Part shown: positions 10,201 through 23,238 of the stretch, one piece after another
Position numbering within the stretch: position 1 is the stretch's first letter
How the letters are laid out: each line of letters opens with the position of its first letter
Assembly: GCF_964355755.1 (NCBI RefSeq)
Contig: NC_092671.1
Coordinates: forward strand, 21,283,317-21,347,316
Length of the DNA stretch: 64,000 nucleotides
Direction of reading: 5' to 3'
Source of the DNA: Antedon mediterranea
Lineage: Eukaryota > Animalia > Echinodermata
Program-made: the position numbers and the translations under genes
Notes under the pieces: model-generated
The model's database searches: none
The model's input: the letters and a program-made list of their open reading frames with translations, nothing else
Told to the model about the DNA's origin: nothing

Positions 10201-11779
10201 TCGCATTTGGAGACGTTTTAGACCAATTTGTGATTTTCGAAAAAACTTGGTTACACAAAAACATCAAAGTGGATAAAATCACATTATAAACCGTTTTAGA
10301 CCATTTTGAGCATATCGATAACACTTTTCACACAAAAACATCAAAGACCACAATATAGCTTAATATCGTATTTAAAAACGTTTTAGACCATTTTGAGCAT
10401 TTCGACAAAACTTTTTCACACAAAACACCAAAGTGCTTAGAATAGCTTCAAATCGCATTTGGAGACGTTTTAGACCATTTTGTGATTTTCGAAAAAACTT
10501 GTTAACATAAAAACATCAAAGTGCTAAGAATAGCTTCAAATCGAATTTGGAGACATTTTAGACCAATTAGTGATTTTCGAAAAAACTTGGTTACACAAAA
10601 ACATCAAAGTGGTTAAAATCACATTATAAACCGTTTTAGACCATTTTGAGCATTTCGATAACACTTTTCACACAAAAACATCAAAGTGCTTAGAATAGCT
10701 TCAAATCGCATTTGGAGACGTTGTAGACCATTTTGTGATTTTCGAAAAAAACTTTTTAACATAAAAACACCAAACTGCTAAGAATAGCTTCAAATCGCAT
10801 ATGGAGACAATTTAGACCATTTTGTGATTTTCGAAAAAACTTGTTAACATAAAAACACCAAAGTGCTTAGAATACCTTCAAATCGCATTTGGAGACATTT
10901 TAGACCATTTTGTGATTTTCGAAAAAACTTGTTAACATAAAAACATCAAAGTGCTAAGAATAGCTTCCAATCGCATTTGGAGACGTTTTAGACTATTTTG
11001 TGATTTTCGAAAACAACTTGTTAACATAAAAACACCAAAGTGCTTAGAATAGCTTCAAATCGCATTTGGAGACGTTTTAGACCAATTTGTGATTTTCGAA
11101 AAAACTTGGTTACACAAAAACATCAAAGTGGATAAAATCACATTATAAACCGTTTTAGACCATTTTGAGCATTTCGATAACACATTTCACACAAAAACAT
11201 CAAAGAGCACAAAATAGCTTAATATCGTATTTAAAAACGTTTTAAACCATTTTGAGCATTTCGACAAAACTTTTTCACACAAAACACCAAAGTGTACAGA
11301 ATAGCTTCAAATCGCATTTGGAGACGTTTTAGACCATTTTGTGATTTTCGAAAAAACTTGTTAATATAAAAACACCAAAGTACTTAGAATAGCTTCAAAT
11401 CGCATTTGGAGACGTTTTAGACCATTTTGTGATTTTCGAAAAAACTTAACATAAAAACATCAAAGTTTACAGAATAGCTTCAAATCGCATTTGGAGACGT
11501 TTTAAACCATTTTGTGATTTTCGAAAAAACTTGTTAACATAAAAACACCAAAATGTTTAGAATAGCTTCAAATCGCATTTGGAGACGTTTTAGACCATTT
11601 TGTGATTTTCGAAAAAACTTGTTAACACAAAAACACCAAAGTGATTAGAATAGCTTCAAATCGCATTTGGAGACGTTTTAGACCATTTTGTGATTTTCGA
11701 AAAAACTTGTTAACATAAAAACACCAAAGTGATTAGAATAGCTTCAAATCGCATTTGGAGACGTTTTAGACCATTTTGT

Positions 11780-12281
11780 GCATTTCGATGAAACTTGGTT
11801 ACGCAAAAACATCAAAGTGCTTAAAATCACATTATAAACCGTTTTAGACCATTTTGAGCATATCGATAACACTTTTTACACAAAACGCTAAAGTGCTTAG
11901 AATAGCTTCAAATCGCATTTGGAGACGTTTTAGACCATTTTGTGATTTTCGACAAAACTTTTTCACACAAAACACCAAAGTGCTTAGAATACCTTCAAAT
12001 CGCATTTGGAGACGTTTTAGACCATTTTGTGCATTTCGATGAAACTTGGTTACGCAAAAACATCAAAGTGCTTAAAATCACATTATAAACCGTTTTAGAC
12101 CATTTTGAGCATATCGATAACACTTTTTACACAAAACGCTAAAGTGCTTAGAATAGCTTCAAATCGCATTTGGAGACGTTTTAGACCATTTTGTGATTTT
12201 CGACAAAACTTTTTCACACAAAACACCAAAGTGCTTAGAATACCTTCAAATCGCATTTGGAGACGTTTTAGACCATTTTGT
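11780..12281 (+). repeat. 251-bp (3-monomer) tandem duplication, boundaries approximate
   Basis: Private variant AAAACGCTAAAG occurs twice, 251 bp apart; ORF-track hits at 11854 and 12105. Confidence 0.85.
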
Positions 12282-15200
12282 GATTTTCGAAAAAACTTGT
12301 TAACATAAAAACATCAAAGTGTACAGAATAGCTTCAAATCGCATTTGGAGACGTTTTAGACCATTTTGTGATTTTCGAAAAAACTTGTTAACATAAAAAC
12401 ACCAAAGTGCTTAGAATAGCTTCAAATCGCATTAGGAGACGTTTTAGACCATTTTGTGATTTTCGAAAAAACTTGTTAACATAAAAACACCAAAGTGCTT
12501 AGAATAGCTTCAAATCGCATTTGGAGACGTTTTAGACCATTTTGTGATTTTCGAAAAAACTTGTTAACATAAAAACACCAAAGTTCTTAAAATAGCTTCA
12601 AATCGCATTTGGAGACGTTTTAGACCATTTTGTGATTTTCGAAAAAACTTGTTAACATAAAAACACCAAAGTGTTTAGAAAAGCTTCAAATCGCATTTGG
12701 AGACGTTTTAGACCATTTTGGGATTTTTGAAAAAACTTGTTAACATAAAAACACCAAAGTGCTTAGAATAGCTTCAAATCGCATTTGGAGACGTTTTAGA
12801 CCATTTTGTAATTTTCAAAAAAACTTGTTAACATAAAAACACCAAAGTTCTTAGAATAGCTTCAAATCGCATTTGGAGACGTTTTAGACCATTTTGTGCA
12901 TTTCGATGAAACTTGGTTACACAAAAACATCAAAGTGCTTAAAATCACGTTATAAACCGTTTTAGACCATTTGAGCATTTCGATAACATTTTCACACAAA
13001 AACATCAAAGGGCACAATATAGCTTAATATCCTATTTAAAAACGTTTTAGACCATTTTGAGCATTTCGACAAAACTTTTTCACACAAAACACCAAAGTGC
13101 TTAGAATACCTTCAAATCGCATTTGGAGACGTTTTAGACAATTTTGTGATTTTCGAAAAAACTTAACATAAAAACATCAAAGTTTACAGAATAGCTTCAA
13201 ATCGCATTTGGAGACGTTTTAGACCATTTTGTGATTTTCGAAAAAACTTGTTAACATAAAAACACCAAAGTGCTTAGAATAGCTTCAAATCGCATTTGGA
13301 GACGTTTTAAACCATTTTGTGATTTTCGAAAAAACTTGTTAACATAAAAACACCAAAATGTTTAGAATAGCTTCAAATCGCATTTGGAGACGTTTTAGAC
13401 CATTTTGTGATTTTCGAAAAAACTTGTTAACACAAAAACACCAAAGTGATTAGAATAGCTTCAAATCGCATTTGGAGACGTTTTAGACCATTTTGTGATT
13501 TTCGAAAAAACTTGTTAACATAAAAACACCAAAGTGATTAGAATAGCTTCAAATCGCATTTGGAGACGTTTTAGACCATTTTGTGCATTTCGATGAAACT
13601 TGGTTACGCAAAAACATCAAAGTGCTTAAAATCACATTATAAACCGTTTTAGACCATTTTGAGCATATCGATAACACTTTTTACACAAAACACCAAAGTG
13701 CTTAGAATAGCTTCAAATCGCATTTGGAGACGTTTTAGACCATTTTGTGATTTTCGACAAAACTTTTTCACACAAAACACCAAAATGCTTAGAATACCTT
13801 CAAATCGCATTTGGAGAGGTTTTAGACCATTTTGTGATTTTCGAAAAAACTTGTTAACATAAAAACATCAAAGTGTACAGAATAGCTTCAAATCGCATTT
13901 GGAGACGTTTTAGACCATTTTGTGATTTTCGAAAAAACTTGTTAACATAAAAACACCAAAGTGCTTAGAATAGCTTCAAATCGCATTAGGAGACGTTTTA
14001 GACCATTTTGTGATTTTCGAAAAACTTGTTAACATAAAAACACCAAAGTGCTTAGAATAGCTTCAAATCGCATTTGGAGACGTTTTAGACCATTTTGTGA
14101 TTTTCGAAAAAACTTGTTAACATAAAAACACCAAAATGTTTAGAATAGCTTCAAATCGCATTTGGAGACGTTTTAGACCATTTTGTGATTTTCGAAAAAA
14201 CTTGTTAACACAAAAACACCAAAGTGATTAGAATAGCTTCAAATCGCATTTGGAGACGTTTTAGACCATTTTGTGCATTTCGATGAAACTTGGTTACGCA
14301 AAAACATCAAAGTGCTTAAAATCACATTATAAACCGTTTTAGACCATTTTGAGCATATCGATAACACTTTTCACACAAAAACATCAAAGAGCACAATATA
14401 GCTTAATATCGTATTTAAAAACGTTTTAGACCATTTTGAGCATTTCGACAAAACTTTTTCACACAAAACACCAAAGTGCTTAGAATAGCTTCAAATCGCA
14501 TTTGGAGACGTTTTAGACCATTTTGTGATTTTCGAAAAAACTTGTTAACATAAAAACATCAAAGGGCTAAGAATAGCTTCAAATCGCATTTGGAGACATT
14601 TTAGACCAATTAGTGATTTTCGAAAAAACTTGGTTACACAAAAACATCAAAGTGGTTAAAATCACATTATAAACCGTTTTAGACCATTTTGAGCATTTCG
14701 ATAACACTTTTTACACAAAAACATCAAAGTGCTTAGAATAGCTTCAAATCGCATTTGGAGACGTTTTAGACCATTTTGTGATTTTTGAAAAAAACTTTTT
14801 AACATAAAAACACCAAACTGCTAAGAATAGCTTCAAATCGCATATGGAGACAATTTAGACCATTTTGTGATTTTCGAAAAAACTTGTTAACATAAAAACA
14901 CCAAAGTGCTTAGAATACCTTCAAATCGCATTTGGAGACGTTTTAGACCATTTTGTGATTTTCCAAAAAACTTGTTAACATAAAAACATCAAAGTGTACA
15001 GAATAGCTTCAAATCGCATTTGGAGACGTTTTAGACCATTTTGTGATTTTCGAAAAAACTTGTTAACATAAAAACACCAAAGTGCTTAGAATAGCTTCAA
15101 ATCGCATTAGGAGACGTTTTAGACCATTTTGTGATTTTCGAAAAAACTTGTTAACATAAAAACACCAAAGTGCTTAGAATAGCTTCAAATCGCATTTGGA

Positions 15201-18200
15201 GACGTTTTAGACCATTTTGTGATTTTCGAAAAAACTTGTTAACATAAAAACACCAAAATGTTTAGAATAGCTTCAAATCACATTTGGAGACGTTTTAGAC
15301 CATTTTGTGATTTTCGAAAAAACTTGTTAACACAAAAACACCAAAGTGATTAGAATAGCTTCAAATCGCATTTGGAGACGTTTTAGACCAATTTGTGCAT
15401 TTCGATGAAACTTGGTTACGCAAAAACATCAAAGTGCTTAAAATCACATTATAAACCGTTTTAGACCATTTTGAGCATATCGATAACACTTTTCACACAA
15501 AAACATCAAAGAGCACAATATAGCTTAATATCTTATTTAAAAACGTTTTAGACCATTTTGAGCATTTCGACAAAACTTTTTCACACAAAACACCAAAGTG
15601 CTTAGAATAGCTTCAAATCGCATTTGGAGACGTTTTAGACCATTTTGTGATTTTCGAAAAAACTTGTTAACATAAAAACATCAAAGTGCTAAGAATAGCT
15701 TCAAATCGCATTTGGAGACATTTTAGACCAATTAGTGATTTTCGAAAAAACTTGGTTACATAAAAACATCAAAGTGGTTAAAATCACATTATAAACCGTT
15801 TTAGACCATTTTGAGCATTTCGATAACACTTTTCACACAAAAACATCAAAGTGCTTAGAATAGCTTCAAATCGCATTTGGAGACGTTTTAGACCATTTTG
15901 TGATTTTCGAAAAAAACTTTTTAACATAAAAACACCAAACTTCTAAGAATAGCTTCAAATCGCATATGGAGACAATTTAGACCATTTTGTGATTTTCGAA
16001 AAAACTTGTTAACATAAAAACACCAAAGTGCTAAGAATAGCTTCAAATCGCATATGGAGACAATTTAGACCATTTTGTGATTTTCGAAAAAACTTGTTAA
16101 CATAAAAACACCAAAGTGCTTAGAATACCTTCAAATCGCATTTGGAGACGTTTAAGACCATTTTGTGATTTTCGAAAAAACTTGTTAACATAAAAACACC
16201 AAAGTGCTTAGAATAGCTTCAAATCGCATTTGGAGACGTTTTAGACCAATTTGTGATTTTCGAAAAAACTTGGTTACACAAAAACATCAAAGTGGATAAA
16301 AGCACATTATAAACCGTTTTAGACCATTTTGAGCATTTCGATAACACATTTCACACAAAAACATCAAAGAGCACAAAATAGCTTAATATCGTATTTAAAA
16401 ACGTTTTAAACCATTTTGAGCATTTCGACAAAACTTTTTCACACAAAACACCAAAGTGTTTAGAAAAGCTTCAAATCGCATTTGGAGACGTTTTAGACCA
16501 TTTTGGGATTTTCGAAAAAACTTGTTAACATAAAAACACCAAAGTGCTTAGAATAGCTTCAAATCGCATTTGAAGACATTTTAGACCATTTTGTAATTTT
16601 CGAAAAAACTTGTTAACATAAAAACACCAAAATGTTTAGAATAGCTTCAAATCGCATTTGGAGACGTTTTAGACCATTTTGTGATTTTCGAAAAAACTTG
16701 TTAACACAAAAACACCAAAGTGATTAGAATAGCTTCAAATCGCATTTGGAGACGTTTTAGACCATTTTGTGATTTTCGAAAAAACTTGTTAACATAAAAA
16801 CACCAAAGTGATTAGAATAGCTTCAAATCGCATTTGGAGACGTTTTAGACCATTTTGTGCATTTCGATGAAACTTGGTTACGCAAAAACATCAAAGTAAT
16901 AATCACATTATAAACAGTTTTAGACCATTTTGAGCATATCGATAAAACTTTTTACACAAAACACCAAAGTGCTTAGAATAGCTTCAAATCGCATTTGGAG
17001 ACGTTTTAGACCATTTTGTGATTTTCGACAAAACTTTTTCACACAAAACACCAAAGTGCTTAGAATACCTTCAAATCGCATTTGGAGACGTTTTAGACCA
17101 TTTTGTGATTTTCGAAAAAACTTGTTAACATAAAAACATCAAAGTGTACAGATTAGCTTCAAATCGCATTTGGAGACGTTTTAGACCATTTTGTGATTTT
17201 CGAAAAAACTTGTTAACATAAAAACACCAAAGTGCTTAGAATAGCTTCAAATCGCATTAGGAGACGTTTTAGACCATTTTGTTATTTTCGAAAAAACTTG
17301 TTAACATAAAAACACCAAAATGTTTAGAATAGCTTCAAATCGCATTTGGAGACGTTTTAGACCATTTTGTGATTTTCGAAAAAACTTGTTAACATAAAAA
17401 CACCAAAGTGCTTAGAATACCTTCAAATCGCATTTGGAGACGTTTTAGACCATTTTGTGATTTTCCAAAAAACTTGTTAACATAAAAACATCAAAGTGTA
17501 CAGAATAGCTTCAAATCGCATTTGGAGACGTTTTAGACCATTTTGTGATTTTCGAAAAAACTTGTTAACATAAAAACACCAAAGTGCTTAGAATAGCTTC
17601 AAATCGCATTAGGAGACGTTTTAGACCATTTTGTGATTTTCGAAAAAACTTGTTAACATAAAAACACCAAAGTGCTTAGAATAGCTTCAAATCGCATTTG
17701 GAGACGTTTTAGACCATTTTGTGATTTTCGAAAAAACTTGTTAACATAAAAACACCAAAATGTTTAGAATAGCTTCAAATCACATTTGGAGACGTTTTAG
17801 ACCATTTTGTGATTTTCGAAAAAACTTGTTAACACAAAAACACCAAAGTGATTAGAATAGCTTCAAATCGCATTTGGAGACGTTTTAGACCAATTTGTGC
17901 ATTTCGATGAAACTTGGTTACGCAAAAACATCAAAGTGCTTAAAATCACATTATAAACCGTTTTAGACCATTTTGAGCATATCGATAACACTTTTCACAC
18001 AAAAACATCAAAGAGCACAATATAGCTTAATATCTTATTTAAAAACGTTTTAGACCATTTTGAGCATTTCGACAAAACTTTTTCACACAAAACACCAAAG
18101 TGCTTAGAATAGCTTCAAATCGCATTTGGAGACGTTTTAGACCATTTTGTGATTTTCGAAAAAACTTTTTAACATAAAAACACCAAACTGCTAAGAATAG

Positions 18201-19937
18201 CTTCAAATCGCATATGGAGACAATTTAGACCATTTTGTGATTTTCGAAAAAACTTGTTAACATAAAAACACCAAAGTGCTTAGAATACCTTCAAATCGCA
18301 TTTGGAGACATTTTAGACCATTTTGTGATTTTCGAAAAAACTTGTTAACATAAAAACATCAAAGTGCTAAGAATAGCTTCCAATCGCATTTGTAGACGTT
18401 TTAGACCATTTTGTGATTTTCGAAAACAACTTGTTAACATAAAAACACCAAAGTGCTTAGAATAGCTTCAAATCGCATTTGGAGACGTTTTAGACCATTT
18501 TGTGATTTTCGAAAAAACTTGTTAACATAAAAACATCAAAGTGCTAAGAATAGCTTCAAATCGAATTTGGAGACATTTTAGACCAATTAGTGATTTTCGA
18601 AAAAACTTGGTTACACAAAAACATCAAAGTGGTTAAAATCACATTATAAACCGTTTTAGACCATTTTGAGCATTTCGATAACACTTTTCACACAAAAACA
18701 TCAAAGTGCTTAGAATAGCTTCAAATCGCATTTGGAGACGTTTTAGACCATTTTGTGATTTTCGAAAAAAACTTTTTAACATAAAAACACCAAACTGCTA
18801 AGAATAGCTTCAAATCGCATATGGAGACAATTTAGACCATTTTGTGATTTTCGAAAAAACTTGTTAACATAAAAACACCAAAGTGCTTAGAATACCTTCA
18901 AATCGCATTTGGAGACATTTTAGACCATTTTGTGATTTTCGAAAAAACTTGTTAACATAAAAACATCAAAGTGCTAAGAATAGCTTCCAATCGCATTTGG
19001 AGACGTTTTAGACCATTTTGTGATTTTCGAAAAAACTTGTTAACATAAAAACACCAAAGTGATTAGAATAGCTTCAAATCGCATTTGGAGACGTTTTAGA
19101 CCATTTTGTGCATTTCGATGAAACTTGGTTACGCAAAAACATCAAAGTGCTTAAAATCACATTATAAACCGTTTTAGACCATTTTGAGCATATCGATAAC
19201 ACTTTTTACACAAAACACCAAAGTGCTTAGAATAGCTTCAAATCGCATTTGGAGACGTTTTAGACCATTTTGTGATTTTCGACAAAACTTTTTCACACAA
19301 AACACCAAAGTGCTTAGAATACCTTCAAATCGCATTTGGAGACGTTTTAGACCATTTTGTGATTTTCGAAAAAACTTGTTAACATAAAAACATCAAAGTG
19401 TACAGAATAGCTTCAAATCGCATTTGGAGACGTTTTAGACCATTTTGTGATTTTCGAAAAAACTTGTTAACATAAAAACACCAAAGTGCTTAGAATAGCT
19501 TCAAATCGCATTTGGAGACGTTTTAGACCATTTTGTGATTTTCGAAAAAACTTGTTAACATAAAAACACCAAAGTGCTTAGAATAGCTTCAAATCGCATT
19601 AGGAGACGTTTTAGACCATTTTGTGATTTTCGAAAAAACTTGTTAACATAAAAACACCAAAGTGCTTAGAATAGCTTCAAATCGCATTTGGAGACGTTTT
19701 AGACCATTTTGTGATTTTCGAAAAAACTTGTTAACATAAAAAAAACAAAGTTCTTAAAATAGCTTCAAATCGCATTTGGAGACGTTTTAGACCATTTTGT
19801 GATTTTCGAAAAAACCTGTTAACATAAAAACACCAAAGTGTTTAGAAAAGCTTCAAATCGCATTTGGAGACGTTTTAGACCATTTTGGGATTTTCGAAAA
19901 AACTTGTTAACATAAAAACACCAAAGTGCTTAGAATA

Positions 19938-20290
19938 TGGCCGAGCGGTTAAGGCAGGGGCGCCGTTTATCGTACCTAAAGAGCCAACAACAACATCGGC
20001 AAGGGTTCGAGGCCGACTCGCTCCTAGTTCTGGTGGTGGAACAAGTCTTCTCGGATAAGGACTATAAACCGTAGGTCCAGTGTACACAGTTATAACATGT
20101 GTGTACTTTAAAGAACCCAGTTCATTATTCGAAAAAGAGTAGGGGGTTACCCCGGTGAACTGGTTCACACAATAGCCTCTGTATCAGGGGGATTACCACC
20201 TATCTGATAGGACAGTGATTAATTCACTATTGGTAATCCTTGGCCACAGTGCCTAAAGACATAAAATAAAATAAAAATAAATAAATAAAT
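19938..20290 (+). mobile_element. tRNA-derived SINE, copy 2
   Basis: No differences from copy 1 seen (offset 18554); same insertion point and tail. Confidence 0.92.
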
Positions 20291-22885
20291 AATAGCTTCA
20301 AATCGCATTTGGAGACGTTTTAGACCATTTTGTAATTTTCAAAAAAACTTGTTAACATAAAAACACCAAAGTTCTTAGAATAGCTTCAAATCGCATTTGG
20401 AGACGTTTTAGACCATTTTGTGCATTTCGATGAAACTTGGTTACACAAAAACATCAAAGTGCTTAAAATCACATTATAAACCGTTTTAGACCATTTGAGC
20501 ATTTCGATAACACTTTTCACACAAAAACATCAAAGTTCACAATATAGCTTAATATCCTATTTAAAAACGTTTTAGACCATTTTGAGCATTTCGACAAAAC
20601 TTTTTCACACAAAACACCAAAGTGCTTAGAATACCTTCAAATCGCATTTGGAGACGTTTTAGACAATTTTGTGATTTTCGAAAAAACTTGTTAACATAAA
20701 AACACCAAAGTTTACAGAATAGCTTCAAATCGCATTTGGAGACGTTTTAGACAATTTTGTGATTTTCGAAAAAACTTGTTAACATAAAAACACCAAAGTG
20801 CTTAGAATAGCTTCAAATCGCATTGGGAGACGTTTTAGACCATTTTGTGATTTTCGAAAAAACTTGTTAACATAAAAACACCAAAGTGCTTAGAATAGCT
20901 TCAAATCGCATTTGGAGACGTTTTAGACCATTTTGTGATTTTCGAAAAAACTTGTTAACATAAAAACGCCAAAGTTCTTAAAATAGCTTCAAATCGCATT
21001 TGGAGACGTTTTAGACCATTTTGTGATTTTCGAAAAAACTTGTTAACATAAAAACACCAAAGTGTTTAGAAAAGCTTCAAATCGCATTTGGAGACGTTTT
21101 AGACCATTTTGGGATTTTTGAAAAAACTTGTTAACATAAAAACACCAAAGTGCTTAGAATAGCTTCAAATCGCATTTGGAGACGTTTTAGACCATTTTGT
21201 AATTTTCAAAAAAACTTGTTAACATAAAAACACCAAAGTTCTTAGAATAGCTTCAAATCGCATTTGGAGACGTTTTAGACCATTTTGTGCATTTCGATAA
21301 AACTTGGTTACACAAAAACATCAAAGTGCTTAAAATCACGTTATAAACCGTTTTAGACCATTTGAGCATTTCGATAACACTTTTCACACAAAAACATCAA
21401 AGGGCACAATATAGCTTAATATCCTATTTAAAAACGTTTTAGACCATTTTGAGCATTTCGACAAAACTTTTTCACACAAAACACCAAAGTGCTTAGAATA
21501 CCTTCAAATCGCATTTGGAGACGTTTTAGACAATTTAGTGATTTTCGAAAAAACTTGGTTACACAAAAACATCAAAGTGGTTAAAATCACATTATAAACC
21601 GTTTTAGACCATTTTGAGCATTTCGATAACACTTTTCACACAAAAACATCAAAGTGCTTAGAATAGCTTCAAATCGCATTTGGAGACGTTTTAGACCATT
21701 TTGTGATTTTCGAAAAAAACTTTTTAACATAAAAACACCAAACTGCTAAGAATAGCTTCAAATCGCATATGGAGACAATTTAGACCATTTTGTGATTTTC
21801 GAAAAAACTTGTTAACATAAAAACACCAAAGTGCTTAGAATACCTTCAAATCGCATTTGGAGACATTTTAGACCATTTTGTGATTTTCGAAAAAACTTGT
21901 TAACATAAAAACATCAAAGTGCTAAGAATAGCTTCCAATCGCATTTGGAGACGTTTTAGACCATTTTGTGATTTTCGAAAAAACTTGTTAACATAAAAAC
22001 ACCAAAGTGATTAGAATAGCTTCAAATCGCATTTGGAGACGTTTTAGACCATTTTGTGCATTTCGATGAAACTTGGTTACGCAAAAACATCAAAGTGCTT
22101 AAAATCACATTATAAACCGTTTTAGACCATTTTGAGCATATCGATAACACTTTTTACACAAAACACCAAAGTGCTTAGAATAGCTTCAAATCGCATTTGG
22201 AGACGTTTTAGACCATTTTGTGATTTTCGACAAAACTTTTTCACACAAAACACCAAAGTGCTTAGAATACCTTCAAATCGCATTTGGAGACGTTTTAGAC
22301 CATTTTGTGATTTTCGAAAAAACTTGTTAACATAAAAACATCAAAGTGTACAGAATAGCTTCAAATCGCATTTGGAGACGTTTTAGACCATTTTGTGATT
22401 TTCGAAAAAACTTGTTAACATAAAAACACCAAAGTGCTTAGAATAGCTTCAAATCGCATTTGGAGACGTTTTAGACCATTTTGTGATTTTCGAAAAAACT
22501 TGTTAACATAAAAACACCAAAGTGCTTAGAATAGCTTCAAATCGCATTAGGAGACGTTTTAGACCATTTTGTGATTTTCGAAAAAACTTGTTAACATAAA
22601 AACACCAAAGTGCTTAGAATAGCTTCAAATCGCATTTGGAGACGTTTTAGACCATTTTGTGATTTTCGAAAAAACTTGTTAACATAAAAAAAACAAAGTT
22701 CTTAAAATAGCTTCAAATCGCATTTGGAGACGTTTTAGACCATTTTGTGATTTTCGAAAAAACCTGTTAACATAAAAACACCAAAGTGTTTAGAAAAGCT
22801 TCAAATCGCATTTGGAGACGTTTTAGACCATTTTGGGATTTTCGAAAAAACTTGTTAACATAAAAACACCAAAGTGCTTAGAATA

Positions 22886-23238
22886 TGGCCGAGCGGTTAA
22901 GGCAGGGGCGCCGTTTATCGTACCTAAAGAGCCAACAACAACATCGGCAAGGGTTCGAGGCCGACTCGCTCCTAGTTCTGGTGGTGGAACAAGTCTTCTC
23001 GGATAAGGACTATAAACCGTAGGTCCAGTGTACACAGTTATAACATGTGTGTACTTTAAAGAACCCAGTTCATTATTCGAAAAAGAGTAGGGGGTTACCC
23101 CGGTGAACTGGTTCACACAATAGCCTCTGTATCAGGGGGATTACCACCTATCTGATAGGACAGTGATTAATTCACTATTGGTAATCCTTGGCCTCAGTGC
23201 CTAAAGACATAAAATAAAATAAAAATAAATAAATAAAT
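22886..23238 (+). mobile_element. tRNA-derived SINE, copy 3
   Basis: Offset 21502 from copy 1; one difference seen, A>T at 23194. Confidence 0.92.
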
